A DNA stretch of 64,000 bases from Mobula hypostoma. Lineage: Eukaryota. Location: positions 204,044,001 to 204,108,000 of the forward strand of contig NC_086100.1 in the NCBI RefSeq assembly GCF_963921235.1. Direction: 5' to 3'. The notes beneath the pieces are model-generated. The model was given only the letters and a program-made list of their open reading frames with translations. It did no database searches and was not told where the DNA came from. Positions 36,730-49,131 of the stretch are shown piece by piece; position 1 is the first letter of the stretch; each line of letters starts with the position of its first letter. The position numbers were made by a program, and so were the translations under genes.

Positions 36730-39700
36730 CGTCGGTCTGCGACCATTTACTGACCGAGGACATTAGAAATAACGTAAGAGCAAGTGGAGCGGCCGTTGGT
36801 ATGAGTGGTCCAATGCTTGGAGTGGATTTAGCTGATCAGGCTTGGACCATGTAAGTATCAGGCAGGTTCTTCAGCCCGCGTCTATGAAGGCATGGTGGTA
36901 CTGTGAAAATGGCTGCAGAGGACGTGTATAGTTCTGTGAGAGGAAAGTGGAATATTTCTGGGAAACGTTCAGGCTCCCCGATAACCACATCTCCACCAGA
37001 TGCACCATATTGAGGCAAGGGAACTGCAGCTCGATGACAATCGGCTCAGACAGGAGAATGACAATGTGATAGACGCTATAGGGAGGTAGTCACTCTCTGT
37101 TCGCAAGAGGCGGGTAACTGGGTGACAGTCAGAAGAAGGAAGGGAATTACACAGTTAGTACAAAGTACTTCTGTATCCGTTCCTTTAAATAATAAGAATA
37201 CCACATTGAATACTGTTAGTGGGAACGAACTACCAAGGGAACCGCAGTGACGTGATCTCTGGCACTGGGTCTGGTGCAGTGGCTCAGAAGAAAAGAGAGG
37301 TGAAAAGGCCAGCAGTTTTAAAAGGAGATTTCCAGTCACTGGAACAGAGACGGAATTCTATGGACACCATAGAGACTCGGATGTAAGCAATATCTCGGAT
37401 CGGATTCACGGAACTCGAAAGGAAGAGATTGAGCAGCCGGCGGTCTTAGCACGTATTGACACCAATCACATAGGTAGACCAGCTGAGGAACGCATGCATG
37501 ACGTTGTGTGCATCGCTCAATCATGACTGAAAGAATATCGTACCTGTGAAATTTATGTCCAAGGTCACACTGTATCGCAGCGGCAGGCAGAAAGGCAGAT
37601 GGGGTGCCGTGGCTTTGTTGGCGAAAAAAAAATGAAATCATTAGAAAGTGGTAACATAGGGTTGGAGGATGTTGAACCGTTGTGGGTAGAACCAAAGAAC
37701 CGCAAGATACAAAAGATCCGGGTGGGAGTTCTCTACAGCTTGGCAAACAGTAGAAAGTTGTGCTCGACAAATGAAAAAAAGAGAAAAAATGAAGGCCAAA
37801 AGCGCAATGTTACGATAGTCATGGGGGATTTCAATATGCAGATGGATGGGAAAATTCAGATTGGTGCTGGATCCCATAAGGGTGAGCTTTTAGAATGCCC
37901 ACAAGATGGAACAGCTCCTGGTTGAGCGCACTAGGGCATCAGCAACTCTGGAATGGGTGTTGTGCAATGACCCGGAATGGATCAGGGAATTAATAGTAAG
38001 AGGCAATTGATGATAATATGTTGGAATTCATCCTGCAATTTGAGAAGCAGAAGTTAATGTCAGATGCGACAGTTCTACAGTGGAGTACAGGGAATTACTG
38101 AGGCATAAGAGAGCTGCTGGCCAAACTTTACGAGGAAAGAACACCGGCATCGATGCCGCCACTGCAGCAATAGCGGGAAGCAATACGGAAAGTACAGGAT
38201 GTATACATCAAGAAGGGGCAGTAGTATTGGAAAGGCAAGACCACAGATGCGTGGCTATCGAGAGGAATCAAATCCAAAGCCAAAGCCAGAAAGGGCATAT
38301 AATCGACCAAAAGTACATTGGGACGATATAAGATTGGGACGTTAAAGAAAGGACAACAGAAGGCAACTGAAATAGTCGTTCAGCTGGAATACGAAGGTAT
38401 GGCATCCAATAATATTAAAGAGGATACCAAATATTATCCATACACATAAAATATAAAAGGGAGGCGAGACTAGATATTGGCCGCTGGAAAATTATGCTGA
38501 AGAAATAACCGGGAGATCGAAATGCGAAAAAACGGAAAATGTATATTACATAAGTCTTCAATGTGGAAGAGCAATACGTCGGATGTTCAAGGGTGCCAGG
38601 TATGACGAGATAAATACAAGGTCTGCTGGTTGATAGACACACATATGGTTCTGCACACTGGATGAGCTTTGTTGTGTGCCCACAGGAAGGTGAGTTTTTG
38701 GACGATCGATCAGGAGAATCGATCAGTGGCTCTCGCAGTGTGAAAAAGCGGTGACCGGTGGGAAGTTATTAGTGTGGTCAACCCTCGCCTAGGTTGATAA
38801 TTTCACCACAGAAGACGGTTTCCATTTTGTGGTCACATTCGGTGACTTCTAAAGGATTTTCGGAGGACAACGGAAGATCGACGGCATCAGCTCACCTGAA
38901 GAACTAAACACCTCTCTCTCTCTCCAACACTAATCAACTCAATAATTCAAACTGGATTCTACCTATCAACATAAATCTGTATCCAATTACTTCCTAAAGT
39001 TGAAGAAGCTTGTTTTTTATATGTTTCCACACTTATATACATAATCATTGCTAACCTGTTTGATGGATCTGAAATTATATCACTGTATTGCATAGTTACT
39101 AAGAAACGAGCTTTAGTGAATAGCAATACCAAACTGCAAGGTGTTTTCCATTTCTGCTGGTTCTTTAACCCGTTACGGGGTATGTAACACAGGGGAAAAG
39201 GTGTGTGAAGTTGCCATTACTAGGGAGGTTTTTGGGAATCTAAAACAGGTCTGACGTCACCTTCGAAAGATGATGTGCCACCAGGTTTCAGAAAGAGGTG
39301 GCTGAAAGGATTGTGAAAAATTATTGATGCTGTTTCAATAAACTGGCATGGTTCCGGTGGAATGGATATTTGAAAATTTCATTACACTCATTAAGGAAGG
39401 ACAGGGTTCAATAAACGAAATGATCTACCATTTAGACTGAACTCAGTCGATGGGTAAATGCTAGATTCGATTGTTAAGGATATAGTTTCAGAGTACTTGG
39501 AGGCATTTGATAAAATAGGCCGGAGTCGGCGTGGTTTCCAAAAGAGATAAACTTGCCTAACTGATCTGTTGGAATTCTTTAAAGAAATAACAACCAGGAT
39601 GCATTGACAAACATTGTTGGGAAGAATTATGTACTTGGATTTTCATATGGCCTTTGACAAGTTGACACGCTTGAGACTGCTTAACAAGATAAAATCACAT

Positions 39701-40500
39701 GATTTTGCAGGAAAGGTATGCTCATGAATAATCCACGAGGTAATTGGCAGGAAGCAAAGAGGGGGAATAAAGGGGGCCTTTTCTAGTTGGCTGCAGCTTA
39801 CTTGTGTTCCACAAGGGACAGTGTTGGGACATTATTTTACGATGTATGCCAATGACTTCAATAACGGAATTGATGGCTTTGTGGCCAAGCTTGCAGACGA
39901 TAAGAAGGTAGGTGAAGCGGCATGTAGACAGACTACAGAAGGACTTTGACAAATTAAGAGAATGGGCAACGCAGTGGTAGACGAAATATTGTGAATGGAA
40001 GTGCATGGCCATGGTCTGCGGTAGCAGAAATAGAAGTATGGACTATTTTCTAAATGGAGGGAAAATTCTGGAATAGGATGTACACAGGAACTCGGGAGTC
40101 CTCATGCAGGATTCCACAAACGCTAATTTGCTGGCTGAGTCGGTGGTGAGTAAGGGAAATGCGATGTTAGCATACAGTTCGAGAGGAGTAGACTCTAAAA
40201 GCAAGGATGCAATGCTTATGGTTTATGAGCCGCTGCTAAGGCCTCAGTTAGAATTTTATGAGCAGTTTTAGCCCATATCTAAAAAGAGAATGTGCGGACA
40301 TCGGAAAAGTTTCATGGGATGTCCATGAAAATGTTTCCGGGATTTGAATGTCTGTCATATGAGGACCGTTTAATGGCTGTTCACCACTACTCACTGATAT
40401 TCAGAGGAATGAGAGGCGACTTAATTACAACTTAACGAATGTTGAAATAACTACATAGAGTAGATGTAGGGAAGATGTGTCCTGCAAAAGGGAGTCCCGT
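36730..40500 (+). mobile_element. Old, near full-length decayed CR1 split by a solo LTR
   Basis: ORF1-like SYREVVT..GNWVTVR, VPLNNK; EN-like IVMGDFN; RT-like YLDFHMAFDK, KLADDKK in order. Confidence 0.75.
38601..39189 (+). mobile_element. Solo LTR, Gypsy-type
   Basis: 4-bp TSD CAGG at 38597-38600 and 39190-39193; ends ...GTAACA; the start TATGACG is probably a mutated TG. Confidence 0.7.
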
Positions 40501-40639
40501 CGTAGGTTGCGAAGTAACAAATTCTCAGGGTCTTAGAATTTATTGATCAGGATGTGCCTCGGGATACAATTCCCTCCCCCCGCCCCACCCCGCTCTCCTC
40601 TGTAATCTGCACAGGTTTCATGGCTGAGGCCACTGTGAC

Positions 40640-41450
40640 TCTCTTCTACGTGCCTGTCCTCTCTGTAAAGAGACATGAAAAAAATAAGATCTCCCCTTAT
40701 CTATTTTGTTTCCGCTCGTGAATTACCACTTTTGTCTTCTGGAGGACCAGTTATCTCCCTCGCCATCCTTTTGGTCTTAACATAACTGTAGAATCTGTTA
40801 CGATTCTCCATCACGTTGACTGCAGGAGCAATGTCATGCCTTCTTTTAGCCCTTCTGATTTCTTTATTGCGTTCCCTTACACTTTATGTACACCTCAAAT
40901 ACCTCATTTGTTCCTATCTGCCTATACCTGCTACGCACCTCCTTTTATCTCTGAACCAGGGCCTAAATTTCTCTTAAAAGCAAGGATGCCTACACTTGTT
41001 ATCTTTCCCTTCCATTCTATCAGGCGCACACACGCTTTGTTCTCTCCAAATGTCGCTTTCCAAACACTTTCACTTACCATGTACACTTTTGCCAGAAATC
41101 GCCCTGTCCCAATCTCCACATGCCGGATCGTTTCTGATACCTTCAGAACTGGGTGTTCTCCAGTTTAGAATCCGAACCCGCCCACCAGACCTGACTTTTT
41201 TTTTTCTGATCTACTTTGAAACTAAGTCATGGTGGTCACCAGATGCAAAGTGTTCCCCTGCGCAAACTTCTATCACCTTCCCTTTCTTATTGCCTAAGAG
41301 CAGATCGGGCATCACATGCTCTTTTGTTGGGACTTCGGTGGATTAAAGAAGAAATTTTTCCTGAGTACGTTTGCCAAGCTCTCTCCCATCTGATCCCTTT
41401 AGAGCGTGGGATTTACAGTCAAAATATGGAAAGTTCAAATCACCTACTGT
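40640..41450 (-). mobile_element. Decayed CR1 EN-RT linker fragment
   Basis: Reverse-complement similarity to CR1 ORF2 (cctccttttatctctgaacca; tggtcaccagatgcaaagtgttcccc). Confidence 0.6.
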
Positions 41451-42329
41451 TTGGTGTTTGGTCTTCTAAATCGCTGGGACTGTTGGATGCTCTGTAATGT
41501 AGCTCCATTGATGCGAGCGTACATTTGTTATTTCCTATTTGCACCCATATCTTGTGGGCGGATTGTCTTTTGAGTCAAAATGATATAGACATGTTCGCAG
41601 TGGTCGACAAAAGCATCATGGCCAATAAGGCTATTTTTTGGTGCCATATGGATCCGTGGCTGTTGTGCCAATGCAAATTAACTGCGTGAATCGGAGAAAT
41701 GTTAATCTATTAATATAAACGAGTGTACAGACCTCTGAAAATAATGAATATTGTAAGGCTGAGCAAATTTGTTATTACATCCCGTTTGACGCCATGGTGT
41801 GAATTGTGAAGTGCTCTGATTTTCACACTGAGGATCCGATTAGAGAAGTACTAGGCGAGACGTGAAAATGACATTCGAATGAATAACTGCTCTGAGACTC
41901 GTTGTCTCTGACTGGACACTTGGCAAAGCATCACGTCTGTTTGGAGATTGCAGTTCTGGCATGGAGCTGAATCGAATTTCTTACTGATTAGATTTGGAGC
42001 ATCGCTTTATATTTAACGTTAGAAAAGGGAACTTGTCTCTCACTAAAGCACGCCTTTCTGAGCGTAGGAACAACGTTTCATATGTCACGGCCACGAACCA
42101 GATCTAGCCAATCCAATACTGACAACACAGCAGTTTTATATAAATTGTGTAGCATCTACGAAAACAATACCGATCTCATTCTCTGGCTCGCTCTTTCTCA
42201 GTAGAGTGCCCTGCACAAAATGGGAAACACGTTCGTCTTCGTTTTGTTATTATTAATATGTCAGCAGTTTGCGCAGGGAGACTGGTGGAAACCAGCTGGA
42301 ATTGGTATGTACTCATTAAAATCTCTCTG

Positions 42330-42760
42330 CGAACAGAAGTAGGCTATAGTTGATTTATGGTCCATTGGACCCAGAAATGCAAGTCTGTGTCGAAACCGAA
42401 TTGGCTCACCCATAGAAGGATGGTTCTAGCGGGAACGTATCCGCTGTGGAGGTTGAGGTTGCTGAAACGTATTGTTCCACAGGGATCTGCGCTTTGTATT
42501 CGTGATATTTATTGATGACGTGAATGGGGACGTGGAAGGGTTAGGTTAGTAAGTTTACAGATGAGACCAAGGTGCGGGATTTCTGGGAGTTTAGAAGTTG
42601 GTTGCAGAGTACAGCAGTACTTTGACAGAATGCAGAACAGTGCTGAAAAGTGGCAAATGCAATTTAACTCTGAAATATGTGATGCAATTCATTTAGAAGT
42701 TCCGATTCTAAGTGAGAATACATAGTAATTCTGAGTTTTCCCAGTATTGGAGTCAAATTG
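42330..42760 (+). mobile_element. Decayed CR1 RT core fragment
   Basis: VPQGS, IFIDD, SKFTDETK, AEKWQMQFN. Confidence 0.7.
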
Positions 42761-43215
42761 TTTTTTTTTTCTTCTTTAACTAGCCAAATATTGCAAATAC
42801 GGAGGCGGATTCTGCGTTCAAGGAAAGTGCCCCGAGACTTATATCTGCAGAGTCTCTTGTTGCGTGCCCACATATTACATGGCAAAGTGACATGATCGTC
42901 AGGAACTCGCTTCCATCATTTGCTCTCGGTAATACGTCTTCTTTGATGCGAGCTGATTGGAATCTGTAGCAATAAATATTATTGGTTGCATTTAACAGAG
43001 TCATTTTCTTTCTCTTTCTGGTTTGCATCGTAAGACGAAAAATAACTCAAAAACAGGTAATCTATTCGAGCAAGATGGAACAATTGACGAGGCAATGGGA
43101 ATCATAGTAAATATAGAGATGAATAAGGCCGGGAATATTCACCTGACTAAGGGTCTTCGATGGGAAGCATTAAAAGTTTCCCTTTCACTGAGGGTGACCA
43201 ACGTGCGGAAACTTT

Positions 43216-43318
43216 AAGCAACACACATAAAAGTTGCTGGTGAACGCAGCAGACCAGGCAGCATCTCTAGGAAGAGGTGCAGTCGACGTTTCAGGCCGAG
43301 ACCTTTCGTCAGGACTAT
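43216..43318 (-). mobile_element. ~100 bp Penelope-type insertion consisting of a hammerhead plus 3' tail
   Basis: 13-bp TSD GTGCGGAAACTTT at 43203-43215 and 43319-43331. Confidence 0.85.
43281..43316 (-). ncRNA. Minimal type I hammerhead ribozyme motif, best-preserved copy
   Basis: AGUC-CUGACGA-A-AGG-UCUCGG-CCU-GAAA-C-GUC-GACU: stem I AGUC/GACU, stem II AGG/CCU, palindromic ACGU stem III, GUC cleavage triplet. Confidence 0.82.
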
Positions 43319-43352
43319 GTGCGGAAACTTTCCTCCTTTTCCCAATTTTATT

Positions 43353-44690
43353 TCATAGAAACATAGAAACATAGAAAATAGGTGCAGGAGTAGGCCATTC
43401 GGCCCTTCGAGCCTGCACCGCCATTTATTATGATCATGGCTGATCATCCAACTCAGAACCCCGCCCCAGCCTTCCCTCCATACCCCCTGACCCCAGTAGC
43501 CACAAGGGCCATATCTAACTCCCTCTTAAATATAGCCAATGAACTGGCCTCAACTGTTTCCTGTGGCAGAGAATTCCACAGATTCACCACTCTCTGTGTG
43601 AAGAAGTTTTTCCTAATCTCGGTCCTAAAAGGCTTCCCCTCTATCCTCAAACTGTGACCCCTCGTTCTGGACTTCCCCAACATCGGGAACAATCTTCCTG
43701 CATCTAGCCTGTCCAATCCCTTTAGGATCTTATACGTTTCAATCAGATCCCCCCTCAATCTTCTAAATTCCAACGAGTACAAGCCCAGTTCATCCAGTCT
43801 TTCTTCATATGAAAGTCCTGCCATCCCAGGAATCAATCTGGTGAACCTTCTTTGTACTCCCTCTATGGCAAAGATGTCTTTCCTCAGATTAGGGGACCAA
43901 AACTGCACACAATACTCCAGGTGTGCTCTCACCAAGGCCTTGTACAACTGCAGTAGTACCTCCCTGCTCCTGTACTCGAATCCTCTCGCTATAAATGCCA
44001 GCATACCATTCGCCTTTTTCACCGCCTGCTGTACCTGCATGCCCACTTTCAATGACTGGTGTATAATGACACCCAGGTCTCGTTGCACCTCCCCTTTTCC
44101 TAATCGGCCACCATTCAGATAATAATCTGTTTTCCTATTTTTGCCACCAAAGTGGATAACTTCACATTTATCCACATTAAATTGCATCTGCCATGAATTT
44201 ACCCACTCACCCAACCTATCCAAGTCACCCTGCATCCTCTTAGCATCCTCCTCACTGCTAACACTGCCACCCAGCTTCGAGTCATCCGCAAACTTGGAGA
44301 TGCTGCATTTAATTCCCTCATCCAAGTCATTAATATATATTGTAAACAACTGGGGTCCCATCACTGAGCCTTGCGGTACCCCACTAGTCACCGCCTGCCA
44401 TTCTGAAAAGGTCCCGTTTATTCCCACTCTTTGCTTCCTGTCTGCTAACCAATTCTCCACCCACACCAATACCTTACCCCAATACCGTGTGCTTTAAGTT
44501 TGCACACTAATCTCCTGTGTGGGACCTTGTCAAAAGCCTTTTGAAAATCCAAATATACCACATCCACTGGTTCTCCCCTATCCACTCTACTAGTTACATC
44601 CTCAAAAAATTCTATGAGATTCGTCAGCCACGATTTTCCTTTCACAAATCCATGCTGACTTTGTCCGATCATTTCACCGCTTTCCAAATG
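43353..44690 (-). mobile_element. CR1 subfamily A, young, 5'-truncated
   Basis: 338-aa RT ORF 43453-44469 plus 44445-44753; tail (CATAGAAA)n. Confidence 0.96.
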
Positions 44691-45648
44691 TTCCTCGTGG
44701 TAAAACCTCTGCTGCATTCCCTGAAGACGAACTGGGAAAATGACTAGCAACACTGCATTCGTACCTGACGTTTCACACTTGAAGACGACATATCAGAACA
44801 AAGATACGAGAAAGCCATAAGCATTGATTTTTGCAGCAGAGTTTTAACATTATTAATTGGTTGCTGCGATGGTTTTTTTCTATGAACGTCCTTGTTTATC
44901 ATCACTTATGTTTAGTGAATTTAATTTTTTAAAAATTTCACAATTAAAAGTTGTAACAATTCCACAAAACTGCATCTTCATCAAAATTCCACACGATATC
45001 AGACCTGCAGTGCGATGTCCCAAGGAAATGGACTCAATGCAATCTCATAGATAACTAGCAGCACGTTAGTGGTATCAAAGACAAATTTGAGTTTATTCCC
45101 ATGCCCAGGTGCACATATACACTGGTGCAATGTAAACGGTTACCTGCAATAAAATCAGAGTACCGGGAGCAGCATTCCCCAGACAGATTATATCAACAAA
45201 TTCCGAGCAATTTCCCACGATATTAAAAGAGTGGAAGAAATCGGGTAGAAAAAGTCGTTTTTTTTAAACACTGCTCGGGGAGAAGGGTCTGCACTGCGCA
45301 GTCGCGTGACGTAGCGCGCCAAGGTTTAAAAAGAGAAATTTTCAACGGTTCTTGTTTCAGTCGAAGCAAGCAGCTGAGAAGAAGAGAGTGGAAGAAATAG
45401 GATAGAAAAAGTCATTTTTTTTTAAACGCTGCTCAGGGAGAAGGGTCTGCACTGCGCCGGCGCGTGACGTAGCGGGCCAAGGTTTAAAAGCAGACCTCCA
45501 TATACAGCGGCCATCGTTGTAGCGGCGATCGTCGGAGTGGACTGAGTCAGAGTGGGACGGCTTTGGCTCAACAGACTTCGGCGAGAACAGGCAGAGGCCA
45601 GGGTAGGTTCCGGTAAGTTTTTTCTTCAGATTGTTCAGTGCAGTGAGA

Positions 45649-46582
45649 ATGCCAGGCAGGATGTTGGAATGCTCCTCTTGCAGGATGTGGGAGGTCAGTG
45701 AGCCCTCTGGTGTCCCTGACAACGACATCTGCAAGAAGTGCATCCAGCTGCAGCTCCTGTCAAACCGCGTTAGGGAACTGGAACAGGAGCTGGATGACCT
45801 GCGGATCATTCGGGAGAATGAGGAGGTTATAGATAGTAGCTACAGGGAGGTAGTTACGCCAAAGGAGCAGAGGACAGGAAATTGGGTTACTGTCAGGCGA
45901 GGGAAGAGGAAGGGGCAGGCAGAGCAGGATTCCCCTGTGGCCATTCCCCTCAACAACAAGTATACCGCATTGGATACTGTTGGGGGGGATGACTTACCTG
46001 GGACAAGCTGCAATAGCCGGATCTCTGGCACTGGGTCTGGCTCTGCTGTGCGGGGGGCGGGGGGGGGGAAGGAGAGCGGTAGTGATAGGGGATTCGATAG
46101 TTAGAGGTGCAGATAGGAGGTTCTGTGGTCGTGACAGAGAATCCAGGATGGTTTTTTGCCTCCCGGGTGGCAGGGTCAAGGATGTCTCTGATCGCTTGCA
46201 TGACATTCTGAAGTGGGAGGGTGACCAGCCAGATGTCGTGGTGCACATCGGTACCAATGACATAGCAAGGAAGAATGAGAAGGTCCTGGAGAGTGAGTAT
46301 AGAGAGCTTGGTAGGAAGTTGAAAAGCAGGACCTCAAGGGTGGTAATCTCAGGATTGCTACCTGTGCTACGTGCCAGTGAGGGTAGGAATAGGATGCTCT
46401 GGAGGATGAACAAGTGGCTGAGGAACTGGTGTAGGGGGCAGGCTTTCAGATTTCAGGATCATTGGGACCTCTTCTGGGGCAGGTGGGACCTGTACATGAG
46501 AGACAGGGTACGCTTGAACTACAGGGGGACCAATATCCTTTCAGGGAGGTTTGTTAGCGCTATTGGGGAGGCTTTAAACTAG
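45649..46582 (+). pseudogene. CR1 ORF1 (CxxC zinc-finger-like, coiled coil, SGNH/GDSL esterase), frameshifted in the G-run at ~46052-46068
   Basis: ECSSC...ICKKC, LSNRVRELEQELDDL, then in another frame IGDSIVRG, VVVHIGTNDI and DRVRL (canonical DGLHL degraded). Confidence 0.9.
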
Positions 46583-46622
46583 ATTTGCAGGGGATGGGAA
46601 CCAGAGTGCCAGAGCTGACAGT

Positions 46623-48947
46623 GTGGCTGGGGTGAAAATAAATCATGTTAAAAGTTCAAGCAAATCCGCTGAGAGAAAGGTTATGAGTGGTGGGAAAAAT
46701 CTTCTGAGGTGTATATATTTCAATGCTAGGAGTATTGTGGAGAAGGCGGATGAGTTGAGGGCGTGGATTGACACGTGGAATTATGACGTTATAGCAATTA
46801 GTGAAACTTGGCTACAGGAGGGGCAGGACTGGCAGCTTAATATTCCAGGGTTCCGATGTTTCAGATGTGATCGAGGCAGAGGAATGAGAGGTGAGGGAGT
46901 AGCATTGCTTGTTAGGGAAAATATTACAATAGTGCTCAGGCAGGACAGATTAGAGGGCTTGTCTACTGAGTCCATATGGGTGGAGCCGAGAAACAGTAAA
47001 GGTATGGCCACATTAGTGGGATTGTATTACAGACCACCCAATAGTCAACGAGACTTGGAAGAGCAAATCTGCAGAGAGATAGCAGGCAACTGCAGGAAAC
47101 ATAAAGTTGTGGTGGTAGGGGATTTTAATTTTCCATACATTGATTGGGACTCCCATACTGTTAGGGGTCTAGATGATTTAGAGTTTGTAAAATGTGTTCA
47201 GGAAAGTTTTCTAAATCAATATATAGAGGGACCAACTAGAGGGGATGCAATATTGGATCTCCTGTTAGGAAATGAGTTAGGACATGTGACGAAAGTCTGT
47301 GTAGAGGAGCACTTTCGTTCCAGTGATCATAACACCATTAGTTTCAACTTGATCATGGACAAGGATAGATCTGGTCCTAGGGTTGAGGTTCTGAACTGGA
47401 AGAAGGCCAAATTTGAAGAAATGAGAAAGGATCTAAAAAGCGTGGATTGGGACAGGTTGTTCTCTGGCAAAGATGTGATTGGTAGGTGGGAAACCTACGA
47501 AGGGGAAATTTTGAGAGTGCAAAGTTTGTATGTTCCTGTCAGGATTAAAGGCAAATTGAATAGGAATAAGGAACCTTGGTTCTCAAGGGATATTGCAACT
47601 CTGATAACGAAGAAGAGAGAGTTGTATGAAATGTATAGGGAACAGGGAGTAAATCAGGTGCTTGAGGAGTATAAGAAGTGCAAGAAAATACTGAAGAAAG
47701 TAATCAGGAGGGCTAAAAGAAGACATGAGGTTGCCTTGGCAGTCAAAGTGAAGGATAATCCAAAGAGCTTTTACAGGTATGTTAAGAGCAAAAGGATTGT
47801 AAGGGATAAAATTGGTCCTCTTGAAGATCAGAGTGGTCGGCTGTGTGCGGAACCTAACAAAATGGCGGAGATCTTAAGTAGTTTTTTTGCGTCTGTATTT
47901 ACTAAGGAAACTGGCATGAAGTCTATGGAATTGAGGGAATCAAGTAGTGAGATCATGGAAACTGTACAGATTGAAAAGGAGGAGGTGCTTGCTGTCTTGA
48001 GGAAAATTAAAGTGGATAAATCCCCGGGACCTGACAGAGTATTCCCTCGGACCTTTAAGGAGACTAGTGTTGAAATTGCGGGGGCCCTGGCAGAAATATT
48101 TAAAATGTCGCTGTCTACGGGTGAGGTGCCGGAGGATTGGAGAGTGGCTCAGCTTGTTCCATTGTTTAAAAAAGGATCGAAAAGTAATCCGGGAAATTAT
48201 AGGCCGGTGAGCTTAACGTCAGTAGTAGGTAAATTATTGGAGGGAGTACTAAGAGACAGAATCTACAAGCAATCGGATAGACTGGGACTTATTCGGGAGA
48301 GTCAACATGGCTTTGTGCGTGGTAGGTCATGTTTGACCAATCTATTGGAGTTTTTTGAGGAGGTTACCAGGAATGTGGGTGAAGGGAAGGCAGTGGATAT
48401 TGTCTACATGGATTTAAGTAAGGCCTTTGACAAGGTCCCGCATGGGAGGTTAGTTGGGAAAATTCAGTCACGAGGTATACATGGAGAGGTGGTAAATTGG
48501 ATTAGACATTGTCTCAATGGAAGAAGCCAAAGAGTGGTAGTAGAGGATTGCTTCTCAGAGTGGAGGCCTGTGACTATTGGTGTGCTACAGGGATCAGTGC
48601 TGGGTCCATTGTTATTTGTCATCTATATCAATGATCTGGATGATAATGTGGTAAATTGGATCAGCAAATTTGCTGATGGTACAAAGATTGGAGGTGTAGT
48701 AGACAGTGAGGAAGGTTTTCAGAGCCTGCAGAGGGACTTGGACCAGCTGGAAAAATGGGCTGAAAAATGGCAGACGGAGTTTAATGCAGACAAGTGTGAG
48801 GTATTGCACGTTGGAAGGGCAAACCAAGGTAGAACATACAGGGTTAATGGTAAGGCACTGAGGAGTGCAGTAGCACAGAGGGATCTGGGAATACCGATAC
48901 AAAATTCCCTAAAAGTGGCGTCACAACTAGATAGGGTCGTAAAGTGA
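46623..48947 (+). pseudogene. CR1 ORF2 (APE endonuclease + RT), premature stop at 48947
   Basis: YFNARSI, ISETWL, YYRPP, GDFN, SDHN; QHGF, DLSKAFDKVPH, QGSVLGP, KFADGT (catalytic FADD changed to FADG). Confidence 0.93.
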
Positions 48948-49131
48948 GATTTTGGTACATTGGCCTTTATTGGTCAAAGTATTGATTATAAGAGCTGCAA
49001 TGTTAAGTTGAGGTTGTATAAGGCATTGGTGAGGCCGAATCTGGAGTATTGTGTTCAGTTTTGGTCACCAAATTACAGAAAGGATATAATTAAGGCTGAA
49101 AGAATGCAGAGAAGGTTTACAAGGATGTTCC

